From Gracilinanus agilis (lineage: Eukaryota), in assembly GCF_016433145.1 (NCBI RefSeq), contig NC_058133.1, positions 74,878,155 through 74,942,154 of the forward strand: DNA of 64,000 nt, given 5' to 3'. The translations under genes and the position numbers were made by a program. Below are positions 1 through 12,089 of the stretch, piece by piece. Within the stretch, counting starts at the first letter, position 1. Every line of letters begins with the position of its first letter. The notes under the pieces were generated by a model that saw only the letters and a list, made by a program, of their open reading frames with translations, ran no database searches and was not told the DNA's origin.

Positions 1-959
1 TATCCTTGGAAAGACCTTGTGTTCTTAAGCACTTACAAATGAAATAATAGGACAACTGTGTATGTCTGTGGATGTTTTATTAAGTTGAAATGTGAACAAG
101 ATTATCATAAAGTCAGAAACTAATGCTTAACAAAAGAACCACCACAAAAATCTTTATATAGCAAGATGTTTCCCACATTTGGAGAACTTTTTCCTAGAGG
201 TTAAATTCTTTTTATCCAAGTAACAGGATAGTTGTGCCAATTGTTACAGTCATCCAAGCCACTGTCCTTCCTTCCTAAATTGGAAGAGCCATCACTCATT
301 TCCCATAGCCCATTCAGTCTTCACCTTTTGCTGAGAATGGCCAGCTGATGTGCACAGTTCTTGAATCTGTAAGTTGAGCTCAGCACCATTCCTAATGACT
401 TAAAAAGCAATTAATATATTTCACCAGTTATCAAGGAAAGCTTTCACTGGATGTAAATAAATGGATCATTGGGAGGAGTCTTTCTATTCAACTGACTGAA
501 CCCTGTAGATGGATAAAACTTAGCTTTAAGTTAGTGACTTCTCTAGTACAGTGACTAAGAACTGAATCACATACCACCTTTTATGTGTAATTGAATTCTT
601 GGCCACATCAAAACAGACTAGAATTTGTCTCTAAGATCAAGCTTCATAACTTAAATTTTCTTAGTTGTCAGCATAGTAATAAAGCAATGACAACTTTCTG
701 CTTGTGAGTAGCCTTTGTTTCAGATTACAGTTTGAATGAGAATAGGTTTCTTTTTGAATTGATGAAAATTGGATTTCTAGAACCAATTTTATTTGAATTC
801 CATTTTGTCTTGGCACACCTTGGATGAAGAAGCTGAGAGTCTCTGGCTCAAGAATAGCTTTGTCTTTACTTTCCTCCCCTAACACAAGGCTTTAGGAGGG
901 GGTATGTTCTAAAGGGAAGTTATAGGCGTTGAAAGTCAGGTAATGGTTGTATTAAAGCT

Positions 960-1150
960 GATGAAGTAGTAAATGAAAAGAGTGCCATGCTTGCTTGGTG
1001 TCAAGAGACCTGGTTTCATATTATGGCTCTTCCACTTATTATATATGGGAACATGATGTGGTGTTTGAACTTTCTATGTTGGTTACTTCTGTAAATTGAG
1101 GGAAGTTGAGCTAAATGACCTCTAGAGACCTTCAACTTCAGAATTCTCTT
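960..1150 (+). mobile_element. MIR-family CORE-SINE fragment
   Basis: gagacctggtttca...gttacttctgtaaattgagggaagttgagctaaatgacctctagagaccttc resembles the MIR core and tail; boundaries approximate. Confidence 0.55.
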
Positions 1151-2554
1151 GATTTCTGATGTTTGTTGATAGCATTTTGGCTAATTTTATTTCTCAAACC
1201 TCCAGGTTTTATAGTTGGAATGTCAAAGTTATTTTCTCAGGTATTCAGCTATTTCTTATAATTAGCTACAGACCTGTTAATTCAGTAGGTTTTGCAGTTT
1301 TGTTACCCAAATGTAATACTAAGCAAAATGGAGAAATTCCCTTTGGTTTGTAAAAACAGACAATGCTACATTTGCCTAACCTACTTTCAGGGGGACCAAT
1401 GGCCCCACATCTGCTTTTCATTTTAAAATTTATTATCCATTAAAAAAAAACATTGTTAATGACTACTCATCCCTCCAACCCCCATGTCATCTAAGAATTA
1501 TTTTTGGGTCCATGTCTTTGGGAAAGTTTGAAAGATTTCACCTAATTTTCTTCCCTCAATACCTGTAGTAGAACAAGTAGACCCTTTTATAGATTAACTT
1601 CATTTAGAACTTGAAAGAAATGTAGAACCTATTTAGTCTGGCCCTTTCAGGTGAGAAACCAATGCCCAGGGAAATGAAGTAAGTTGCCTAGGATCACACA
1701 CAACTAGTAAGTTGCAGAGGTAGGAGAGGAGCCCAAGGTCTCCAACTCTGGAATCTGCACTTGTGTCCTTAATAGAATTTTATTTACTCACCTCCTTAAA
1801 TCCTGTCATTTATATAGTTTGCCTTCTATGTTCACCATTTGTGACTTGGCAAAGGTTGATACAAACATGTTAGCCAGTTTTGCAGCTATGGGTTTTCCAC
1901 ATCTGAAGGTGGAAGAATAACTGATAATTCCCTTTATAAAAATGTGCTTTATGTTTAAAATCTCTCCCAATATATGTAGGTATCTTTTGTTTGTGATGTA
2001 AGGCTCCCTTTGTTCTATTTTTTGCTGTTTAGCTAGTGAAAACTACTACAAAGTTCCCCCAATAGTTTCTTTAGTGATATACCTTTAAATGGGCAAGAGT
2101 TTGCCATAAATCATTTGCTGATGTCTTAAAATGTTTACTTCCATTACAGATAAGCTCAACCTTGGTTAATCCATATGGGCACATAATAGTCTGAAGGATA
2201 AAAGTAATACTGTTCTTTATCTGAGGAACCACGTACAGGAAGAAGCAAGAGAGAGAAGTGGGCAGACTTATTGTAGTTAAAATAGTTATGTTCCTAATTT
2301 TTTCTTGGTGATGGAGGAAGGGATTTTTGAAAGTGTAGCTATAATAAAATGTTTTGTATGGTTTATATAATTCCTCCATACCTAAATTTGAGTCAAATTT
2401 TAAGCATCAGAAAAATAACTACCCCCAAATCATTAGGAGTTTGTGGAGTTTCTTTCATGTTATTGAAGATAGAAGCAATTTGGTAAATTCCACAGAAATT
2501 TCGGGGGCAAGAAGTTTGAGGGGTTTTTTGTTTGTTTTTTAAAGCATTCATTAA

Positions 2555-2759
2555 GGGGGCAGCTGGGCAGGTCAGTGTATAAAGAGCCAGGCCTAGAGAC
2601 GGGAGGTCCTAGGTTCAAATCTGGCCTCAGATGCTTCCCAGCTGTGTGACCCTGGGCAAGCCACTTAACCCCCATTGCCTACCCTTACTGCTCTTCTGCC
2701 TTGGAGCCAATACACAGTATTGACTCCAAGACAGAACATAAGGGTTTAAAAAAAAAAAA
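2555..2759 (+). mobile_element. Opossum SINE1 (SINE1_Mdo-like CORE-SINE)
   Basis: GGGGGCAGCTGGG head, B-box-like ggttcaaatc, core gctgtgtgaccctgggcaag, tail aagggtttaaaa(A)n. Confidence 0.92.
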
Positions 2760-4464
2760 GAATAAACTTTTATCCGTTGAGTTAATAAAACTCAATTCTA
2801 TTCCTAGTCATTTTTTTGAATTATCCAAGCTCATCCACTTATTCTGGATTATGCCACTTATTCTGGAGACAGAAGCAAATACAGGTGACAACTTTATGAC
2901 CTAAGATGAAAGAAACCACCATATCTTTCTGGTTATATTCTGTTTGTTCCAGACTGATTGTGGGATGCTCTTAGAAATAAGGAGATCCAAGTAGCTTTTA
3001 TGCTAAAAGAACCCATTTGGCCTCCAGGAAAAGAAAAGGAAATTCCTTGAAGAGGTAGGAAAATCTTAGTATAGAATGTTGCATATGCAATCAAATCAGT
3101 TGGATGTGTGTTTGCTTAACTATTTTTCTTTGTTAGAAGGGAGAGTTCATTGGGCATGTTAGAAAATGGGGAGGAAAGAAGAGGCATATTGAGATATGAC
3201 TTCTGTGAATACTAAAGGTATCAATAAAACTTGGAGCTATTTATTTTTAAGGAAAGGATATGCTAAAAGGGTTTTACTGTAATTTTGAAGTAAATGTAAT
3301 TCCCCTTAGCTTTGGATTTGAAACTGAATGAAATACCATTACTAAAGAGAAATGGAGGAAATATGGAGAAAAGCAAAATTTATCTGCTTGGATTACTCCT
3401 GCAGAGGAAACATTCATTTGACTCAGGTTCTGATGAGAACTTGGAATTTATGAATGAGAAAGTTACAAAGCAATCTGACCAAGTGCTACTTACTACCATC
3501 CATTAGAGACTTCTGTATCATAATATAGGTCAGGGAACTATTCTTGCACCAGTCTTGGTTTTCATTCTTTTTATTTGTGGAAGCTTGGCCATTGACTACC
3601 TGGCTAAAGTTTAAAGGTTAGAATACAAAATACAAAAAAGTCTCTTCTGGCTCTAAATCTAATCCAATAATCCATCTACCACCCCAGAGGACATCATTTT
3701 AGGTTATCTTCCTGAAAAAAACTAAGTGTGCCTTTCAAAATTGCCAAATTAGTTAAAGCTACTTAGTCTTAAATAGTGCCTTTTGATGCTCAATGAAGAT
3801 TGCAAAATCTAAAGAAAACTCAGGAAAAAATGATACCTCAAAGCTTACTGTTGGCTCCTATTATGATCCATCGTGCTCTTCCCCACCTCCCCCCCCCCCA
3901 ATTTACATCATGTCTTCAGTGGAAACATTAGGAGCCTTGAAAATGCCATGTCTGTTAGATGTTCTTAATAACCTTCTCTAAAAGGAAAACTGAAGGAATG
4001 CCAGTAACCTGCCTTCTTTTTACTAAGGGAACTATTTCCTTTTTCAGTTTATGGTTATCTTTAGACAGTTAATTCTTTCACTGACTTTGAACACAGTAAG
4101 GCCATAAATGAATGTCGTCAAAAGTATTTAAACTTCATGTTTAGACTTAGTTTGAATGCAGCAGAATGTCAAATTAATCAAAAGATCTAGTCCCACTCTA
4201 CCTTTCCTACATGTCCTCCAGCTTCTGCACGTCCCCTTTGCCTTTATACTTGGATGTCTTGGCACAAATCCCAGTTGTACTACTTAGTACCAAAAATTAC
4301 TTATCACTTCTGGATTTGTTTCCTCATTTGCAAACAATTATTGAATTAATGTCTGAGGTACCTTCTCCTTCAATCCTATAATCTTTAAGTGATAGGAAAT
4401 TCCTGCATTTCTTTTACTAGGGAAATATGGTAGGGAATTGTGAAAATCTTGGGTTATATCCCAA

Positions 4465-5260
4465 TATGTTCAGCACCATTTATTAAAAATCTACTGTGGG
4501 CTAGACACTGTTCTAGGTGCTAATGATATAAAAACAAGAATGAAGCAGTGCCTCCCCTCAAGAAGTTTACATTCTGTTGGTAGAGACAACATGTACAACT
4601 AAAGTATATACAAAAAAAAAAAAATATATATATATATAGGCAATTTGACTCAGGGAGTCACTACCAGCTGGGGAAGAGGGAAAGTAAGATTATATCTAAG
4701 AAGTGAAGTTTGAAGTTTTAAAAGAAACTTGGGATTATGAAAGGCAGAGGTAAGGAGGGAGTATATTCCAGCCTTTGAGATTGTACTGCAACAGCCACAG
4801 AAAACAGCAAGTAAACCAGTTTGGGTAAACTTAGAAGGGTTTGTAGGGGAACAACATAATAAGGCTAGAAAGTTGGTCAGAACCAGGTTGCAAAGTGCCT
4901 TAAGTGTCAAAAGTTGAGCCACTGTAGTATAATCTTGACCCATATATTAGATGAGTTTTAAAGATAACTTCCCAGTCATGTTTTCCATCTTCTAGTAGCT
5001 GATTTTATTTATGTAAAACAGGGAGACCAAATAGGAAACTTTGGCCATAATCCAGACTCTTAACTGATGAGGTGATGAGACCCTGAGCTAGGTTGCTAGC
5101 TATGTGAATGGAGAGAAGAGGACAGGCATGAGAGAGATGGAGGTAGAACTGACAAAACTTAGCTGTTAATTTAATATGGGGACAATGGAGACAGAAGAGT
5201 TGAGGATGTTTAAAGAACAACAAAGAAGTTAGTTTAGAGCATATCGTATCTGATTGATGG
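4465..5260 (-). mobile_element. L2 LINE 3' fragment
   Basis: Starts with the L2 3'-end motif catttattaa...ctactgtg...gacactgttctaggtgct, followed by degenerate purine-rich L2 ORF2 antisense sequence. Confidence 0.75.
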
Positions 5261-5527
5261 TCAGTACTGTGTTGGGCTAGATGTGCTATATTCACTACTC
5301 AGATTCTCAGTAGCACCTTGGGAGGAGGGGTTCAGTGGTGTGAGTTCCCAGGGTAAAAATACTCATTTTATAGTGTGTCCTTGCAACTCTAAATGTGCAA
5401 TCCTGTGATCCACCATGGACATAAGTACAAGAGCCTGTGGATGTGCTGTCTATAGAATCTTTACTATATTTTACCAATTAAGTGTTCCATACATTAAGCA
5501 TGATTTCACTCAACCAACATTAGGTGT

Positions 5528-5718
5528 GGGGCAGCCAGGTGGCTTAGCAACTAGAGAGCCAGTCCTAGAGATAGGAGGTCCTGGTTTCAAATGTGACCTC
5601 AGAGATTCCCTGGCTGTATGTCCTTGGGCAAGTCACTTAACCCCAACTGTCTATACCCCACTTTATGCCTTGGAATCAATACTTAGTGTTGATTCTAAGA
5701 TAAGATAAGGTTTCTTAA
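5528..5718 (+). mobile_element. Opossum SINE1 copy
   Basis: Same head/core/tail as 2555-2759, more diverged. Confidence 0.88.
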
Positions 5719-7407
5719 GTGCCCATTTTGTGCAAAGGACTATGAAAGGTGCTTCAGGATAACCATATACTAGGACCAGCTGTCTTGTCTGGAGGCCATC
5801 TTTCATTTTCTTTCACCTATCTAGCATAGGGATTGTAGCATCAGATGGAGCATGGATTAGTGAATAAGTGTTGGTCTGGCCATTAGGAAGATCTGAGTTC
5901 AAATTGTGCTTCTAATATTTCTGTGACTTTGGGCAATTACCCTCTCTCAACTTCGATTTCCTCAGCAGTAATACAGTAGTGCCTGCAGTATATATAAAGC
6001 ATTTTATTTTTCTGTGTATGCAACAGTTACCATCATTATGCTTAGGGTTGTTGTTATAAATGGCTAGAAGGGGGAGGTGTGATTTCAGATAAGAAACCAC
6101 AGGAGTAGAAGAATTTCATCCCTAGTACCCAAGCCATCCTCTATGCTGAAATCCTTTGGCATAATTTTCATTGTGAAGTACTACTAGCATGACATGAACC
6201 TATGATGAAAACAAATACCTTTGATTCCCAAAGAGAATACTGGAGGCTCATGACTTTCCTGTAATCTCCCAGGTAGGTCTCCTAACTTTGGTTAGCTCAA
6301 GACAGAAGCACAATAAATGTAAAACAGAATGCATCTGCCATAACCTCCCTATAACCCTAGTGGGGCAGCACAGTAGAAGTGTAATGTGCAAAGCCAATTG
6401 GCATCAATAGGAAGGTAGAGAAACAGAACCATTCTTAAGGTTATAATCCTCAACACGGCTTGGACAAAATAAGTCCTGTATTTTGCCTGATTGTCACTTA
6501 TTTCACAGCTTTACAAGAAGCATTAGAGCCTTGCCCCGGGATAAAACTTTAGGGGAATTTTTAGGATTGGGTAAATTATATTTTTTTCCAATCGTGTTGT
6601 TTCTACCTACCTTTACTGTGAAGATGGCATCTGGCTGTCCTATGTTTCACAGTGTTTTCTGGATTCCATGGAATTGTTTTTGTAATTGCCCCTATGAAAC
6701 TTACTGCTGCCCCAATATCATTGAAATTCCACCTGCCTCCTCAATTAAATTAGACTAGGCATAATAGTAGTCAGCTTTAGAATTAGTGAGCCTTCAGGAA
6801 TTGGAAGAATTCTAACAAAAAAAAATAGCTCTTAACTTTTTGGCTCTTTTAAGAATTTAAAGCTTACTGCTTTATGTTTGGCATGAAGTATGGATTTCTC
6901 CTTGGTTGTCCCATAAACAAGGAGGAGAAGGGAGAATGAATGCTGGCCAAAAATATCAAGAGGAGTTCCCTTATTTTCATGACCTAAATCTCCTTGAGCT
7001 AAAATTTCAGAAATAACTTCCACTATTTGGTGTATCCCTGTAAGAGGTCCCATCTGCCATTTGGAGAATAAAGTGGCCAAGAATCATCTTGTATCTCAAC
7101 CTTGGGGTTCATATAAAGATCATCTCTTCTGACTCCTCCACCCTGAAATAGCCAGGAAACTGGGCCAATTTTGGTAAAACCTGAACTAGCTCTCAGATTC
7201 CAAGAACAGGAAACATTCTTTCAGCAAACATTAAGCACCCACTGTATGCAGAGCACTAAAGTCAGGGTGATATGTTTCAATAGAATACATTACAGAAATT
7301 CTGTAAATGAATAGAGTGGTGTAAAGTATGATATGTGTGATATATATGGGAAAATTGTTACCAATGGGGAATCGAGAAAAACTTCAAATAGAAGACAGGT
7401 AGGTTTT

Positions 7408-7643
7408 GGGGGCAGTTCAATGGATAGAAAGCAAGATCCAGAGTCACAATGATCCAAGTTCAAATTTGACTTTCACACTATCTGGGTGACCCTAGACAAG
7501 TCCCTTAACCCTGTTTGTCTCCCTTTCCTCATCTGTAAAATAATCGGGACAAGGAAATGGCAAACTACTCCAGAATCTTCACCAAGAAAACTCCAAATGG
7601 GGTCAGGAAGATTTGGACATAACCGAGCTGACTGAACAACAAA
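7408..7643 (+). mobile_element. MAR1-like CORE-RTE SINE
   Basis: CORE followed by ggaaatggcaaactactccagaatcttcaccaagaaaactccaaatggggtc...gactgaacaacaa RTE-type tail. Confidence 0.85.
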
Positions 7644-7650
7644 GATGTTT

Positions 7651-7845
7651 AGCAGAAGACTGCAGCTCAGTGGATAGAAAACCAGGCCTGGAGACGGGAG
7701 GTCCTGGGTTCAAATTTGACCTCAGACACTTCCTAGTGTGACCCTGGGCAAGTCACTTTATCCCCATTTGTCTTCCTTAGCGCTCTTCTGACTTGGAACC
7801 AATGCACTATTGATACCAAGATGGAAGGTAAAAGTTAAAAAATAA
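7651..7845 (+). mobile_element. Opossum SINE1 copy
   Basis: gcctggagacgggaggtcctgggttcaaat...ccaagatggaaggtaaaagttaaaaa. Confidence 0.88.
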
Positions 7846-7984
7846 CTACGGTACCTCTTGGGTCCCCGACTTGGGTCATCCTTCAAGTCCCAGCGTCCAC
7901 CTCCTGGTGGCTCAGCTCAGACCAGTCTTGGAGGTGAAGCCCGTGTCTCAGATTTTCTCCATCCCCCAGGTGGGCTCTGCCCTA

Positions 7985-8205
7985 TCTTTCCCCGCCACCT
8001 ACCAATCAATTACCCAGGCTCGACCGTGGGACCACACTTCCCAGCATGCCTCGCCGTCCCCACCCCACCCCCCATCACGATTACCTTCCCAGATTGCACT
8101 GCGCTACCCTTTCAAGTTGTTAAAAAGTCCCTTGACTACAAGAGCCCTCCCCACCCCCACCCCCACGGCTTGTGGGTTCTGCTTAGTTCCGGCCATGTTG
8201 CTGTT
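7985..8205. promoter_or_regulatory. CpG-rich housekeeping-type promoter motif cluster (GC box, CCAAT, 2x ZNF143/SBS-like, ACTACA, ETS+YY1-like)
   Basis: ccccgcc 7990-7996; ccaat 8002-8006; ttcccagcatgcctcgc 8038-8054; ttcccagattgcactgcg 8086-8103; actaca 8135-8140; ttccggccatgttg 8187-8200; about 12 CpGs in 7860-8200. Confidence 0.55.
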
Positions 8206-8219
8206 TCTGATCTCCTGAA

Positions 8220-9355
8220 CTGACAGTGAATGCTCCCTGGAAGGCTGCTGTGGTTGGTTCTCTACTCTTCGGAGAGAACCCTGCTGAAAGGAGAAAGAGA
8301 TGAAGAGATGTTTTGTGGTTGGCACAGATGCCTTTAAACAAAGAAGGATAATGGACAATTCAGAAAGTCCGAAGAAGTCTGTCAACCAGCTTGTAACCAT
8401 GAAGAATCCAACAACTTAAAAATTTCTAGGCTTAGGATTGCTAATTATTCATTATCCAGAGCAGTGAAAAGTTAGCCCAATTCCATAAATGGATTCCAAA
8501 GACAATTCTAGAAGAAACCGAATATATCTCTCCCGTCTTTGAGGAGCTTCTGTGGCCAGATTGCAGATAATTAACCCGCACATATCCTGTTGTGATTTTG
8601 GTCCCAATTCCAAACTTCTGTACTCGGCTCCTTGTATAGCAGGCTTTCCAAACTCCTGTGGTCCCTGAGGGCTGCTTCCTGCGTGGCCTGAGAGGCCTCG
8701 CTACCAGCGTAGGAGCAGTTGTTTTCCAGCCAGTTCTACGGTTTCCTCGGACAAGCCGCTTGTGCTTCTGATGGGCTATGAAATTGTCGCGTCTGGAAAG
8801 GGAAGATGTGGTGGTAGACACTGAAGGCAGTGGCCATCCGTGTAGCTCTGGGATCTGGAAGCCCTCTGCCAGGCTGATGCCAGGAGGGCCTCGGCACGGG
8901 TGTGCATGGCGTTGCTTTGCAGCGGGATGTTCTTTGGCTCATACTGGGGGACTAGATGCATTCAGTCATATATGGGACCTGCCTCCAGGACCATGTCCCA
9001 AGTTCCTAGAGGGCCTCCTGAGGTGCGTTTATGGGATCGACTCTTCCCCAAATGGGTACCACACAGCAACTGGCAGTGGTTACAAAACATGCAAAGAAGG
9101 GACCACCTATATGACAAAGCAGGCTTTGTCACAGCTGTCACCAAAGCTTGATGGCAGGAGTCCAAGTTTGAGCCAATCCTTGGGAGCTTCTTGCTCACTG
9201 GTACCTCTGACTACATAGCCAATATCTGGACACACTCTGGATGGTCCCACTTAAGACCCTTCCTGGCCACAGGGGGAAAATCAATGGGCCTGGACGCTTC
9301 CTCTGAAATAGCCTCCCTTCATATGATAAGACCTTCAAACTGGATGGCTAAATAG
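8220..9355 (+). pseudogene. PRPF4: Processed, 5'-truncated pseudogene of U4/U6 snRNP WD40 protein Prp4
   Basis: Across frameshifts it reads [112 protein letters not shown]-stop (TAG 9353-9355). These are collinear with PRPF4 from about residue 110 to the C-terminus, with no introns and many stops and indels. Confidence 0.95.
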
Positions 9356-11299
9356 ACCAGGCCCAGGGACATGAATCTGTAACTCATGTCTGATCTTCAG
9401 CACGCCCTTTCCTGTCAGGTTGTTAGAAGAGAATCAGTGTGGAGTATAACTAGTTTGACTTTGCCACTCACTGTGTATAGTAGGGGTAGGTTTGCTTCAA
9501 GCAACCACTCAAGTTCCCTTTTCTTGGGCTATTCTACCCCAACTTTCAGGACCACATTGGTATGATCTTTCTTTTTGTTTTTAATTAATGCTGTAGTCGA
9601 GGCTTCCCTATCCCCTTCTTTACAGCCTTTCTTACCTTAAAAGAACTTCCATCATGGCCCCCAAAGCCTGGCCTGCCAGGTCATTGTCATGTACCATAGT
9701 TAGAGGTGACCCCCAAGGAGAAAGTGGTGCCACACTGCTTCCAAGGAAAAGAGAGACATGAAGTGCTAGAGACTTCTCAGATCATTTTTAAGGTGACTGG
9801 AATGACTTTTCCTAGTAAAGACAATGTCAAGGGACAAGATGGAGAATCAAGAGTAGAGGCAGGAACAGGACACCTTTGGCTTTGGACAAGGAGAGAAGAC
9901 TAGAATGGCCCATGAGGTAGCCCTGAGAAAGTCACTTCCCCTGTGTACCTCAGCTCTCCCCTTGCTATAAGACATTCATACTACATTAGAGTGGTACTGA
10001 GCAAGGTAGGGAGAAAAAGAGAAAGAACAGGTGCCTTCAGATTCCTTGTAAGGGAAAGAAAGTCAAATCTGGAGATAAAGGTTAGAGGTTCAAATCATTG
10101 CTTTGCCACTTACTACTACTGTGTGACTTTGGGTTTGTCAACTTCTCTGGGCCCCAGTTTCCTCAATATAAAATTTGAGGTTTAGAGTAAGTATCCTCAA
10201 AAGTCCTTTCTATACTTAAATTTATGGTCCTTTAATCATCTTTATCTTCCCAGAATAACAGGTCTCAAGTTTTTACCAAAGGGATTATTTTTAATAAATA
10301 AGAATATAAGGGAAAAGGTATGTTCTCTCATTCTGATGCATCTATAATTCAAAGAAGCAGATTCCTTTTTTTCTCTTCTAGCTAAGGATACTTCCTAGCC
10401 TTTTCTCTGCCTACTCAAAGAAAATAAACCAAAAAAAATTCTTTAGTGTTTGTTTTTTATAAAAGATTGGAGATTCTACCTTAAGTTTTGTGTAGGAAGC
10501 TAAAGACAGAGTCTTCCACAGTTGTTATGAATGATTATTTCTTTGGCTGTTACAGACAGTAGTTATATTGTGGGGATTGTAAATAGAGTTGCTTGAGCTT
10601 TAAACTGCCTGTCAAAAAGCATTTGGTGCTGGCAGGATGAGGTTAGATGATAGCTCTTCAAGCTTAAAAAGTGCTTTGGAAGAGGCTGCCAAGTGCTAGG
10701 TACTAGGCAGAAAGAACTGAAAAGATCACTTTCCTTTTGGCAATTTTTCTCTGCTGTTTCTGCTTCATCCTTTTATGAGATCTAGATCAAATAGAGTATG
10801 GCTGCTAGGCCCCCTTGAGAATTTATATTTGTTCAGAACAGATTGTCTAGATGTTCCATTTCCTTCTTTAACAACTGGTTTTTTTTTTTAAACTAAGGTT
10901 TTAAAAAGCCCTTTAAAAAATACAATGCCTGGCACATTGTAAGCACTTAATAAATGTTACTTGTCTGGCTGAATCTACCAAACTTTACAATTAAGTTAAA
11001 AGGACCAATTTTCCCTGGCTACCACTAATAGATAGACTTAAAAGCATTTAACTGAAATAGTCACACTGAGGAAGCATAAAGGAGAAGGAAGAGATCTGAT
11101 AATCCCCAGATAAAATAATCAATTTCTGGATAACTAAGTTAGTCATGGTTTTTTTGTCTTTTCCAGATTACTAGACTTCAATCCCCCCATGTCACCCAAG
11201 AACACATTTCCCAGATCAACAAGACACACCAAAAATAGTTAACGGACTATTTAAAAATAAGACAATGAAATAATAAGAGCATTTACCTGACCTTTATGA

Positions 11300-11660
11300 G
11301 TTCAAATCACCAGGCCCAGATAAACAAAAACCTGGGGTATGAAAAGAACTGGGAGATGCGATTTCTGAGCCACTGCCAGTATTCTTTGAAAGATCGTAGA
11401 GGGTAGGAAAAATGACCCAGAACTAGAGAAAGATACATGTCCTGATTTTAAAACAAACAAGAGAGTGGAATCTATAAATGATAGTCCAGGGACTTTAACT
11501 TTCTAGAAAAATTCTAGACTGTATTATAGTAATGGTTTGTGAACATCTAGAAAAGGAAGCATTGATAACATTAAGTAGCAAAATATAGCATTTAAATTAA
11601 GGCCATAGATATAATTTTTACCTAGTTGTTGACAGAGCATTTACTATTCTCATCTCCTAC
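11300..11660 (+). mobile_element. L3/CR1 LINE RT fragment
   Basis: gaactgggagatgcgatttctgagccactgccagtattctttgaaagatc...aaaattctaga is typical of the CR1 RT region. Confidence 0.75.
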
Positions 11661-11772
11661 CCTCTCACCAAAAAAAACCTCCAGGTGAAAGTACTGTCAC
11701 TGCAGTTCAGGACTTGACTTGAGACTACCAGTGCTGAGAGAAGAAAACTTTGCCCGGAACTACCCATCCATT

Positions 11773-12042
11773 CATGTGCCTGCCCCTGGCCATCATCTCC
11801 TATCTGTGTCTCAGTCCAAGCCCCATTTATCTGCCTCCACCCCCACCTTCTTCCTTTCAGTTCCTGGCAGGTCCAAACCCCCACCTGACTGTCCTTGTCC
11901 CTTACATATTCCTCCTCCTGCTCTCACTTCTTTGACCCTAGCCCCAATGTGCTGTCTCCCTCTCCTTCACAGGGCCACATCCCCTTCCTGCCACACTCTT
12001 CCCTTTTCCACCTTCCCGGGCAAATTTACATTACATAAAAAT
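11773..12042 (+). repeat. Unclassified pyrimidine-rich interspersed repeat, copy A (homologous to 14003-14257 on -)
   Basis: Manual alignment with the reverse complement of 14003-14257; shared ends catgtg(c/t)c.gccc and gggcaaatt...ttacataaaa. Confidence 0.6.
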
Positions 12043-12089
12043 CTTTACATCAAGGTCTATGAACCAGTGCACTTGTATAAAGCAAGAAC

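Noticed and set aside
309-368. 60-nt + strand exon candidate (tag|...TCT|gtaagt; PIQSSPFAENGQLMCTVLES)
   Set aside because: Peptide not recognised and no partner exons; consistent with chance splice motifs
3312-3506. ORF MDLKLNEIPLLKRN...RKHSFDSGSDE as a coding exon
   Set aside because: No recognisable homology in any frame and no convincing donor
6940-7060. LPLFGVSL resembling the start of a RhoGAP domain; an innexin-like phrase near 6570-6620
   Set aside because: In-frame stops on both sides and no further family motifs
8100-8140. VVKK match to the PRPF4 N-terminus (APVVKKPHIYY)
   Set aside because: Four residues only; surrounding sequence does not follow the PRPF4 N-terminus, so the retrocopy is treated as 5'-truncated
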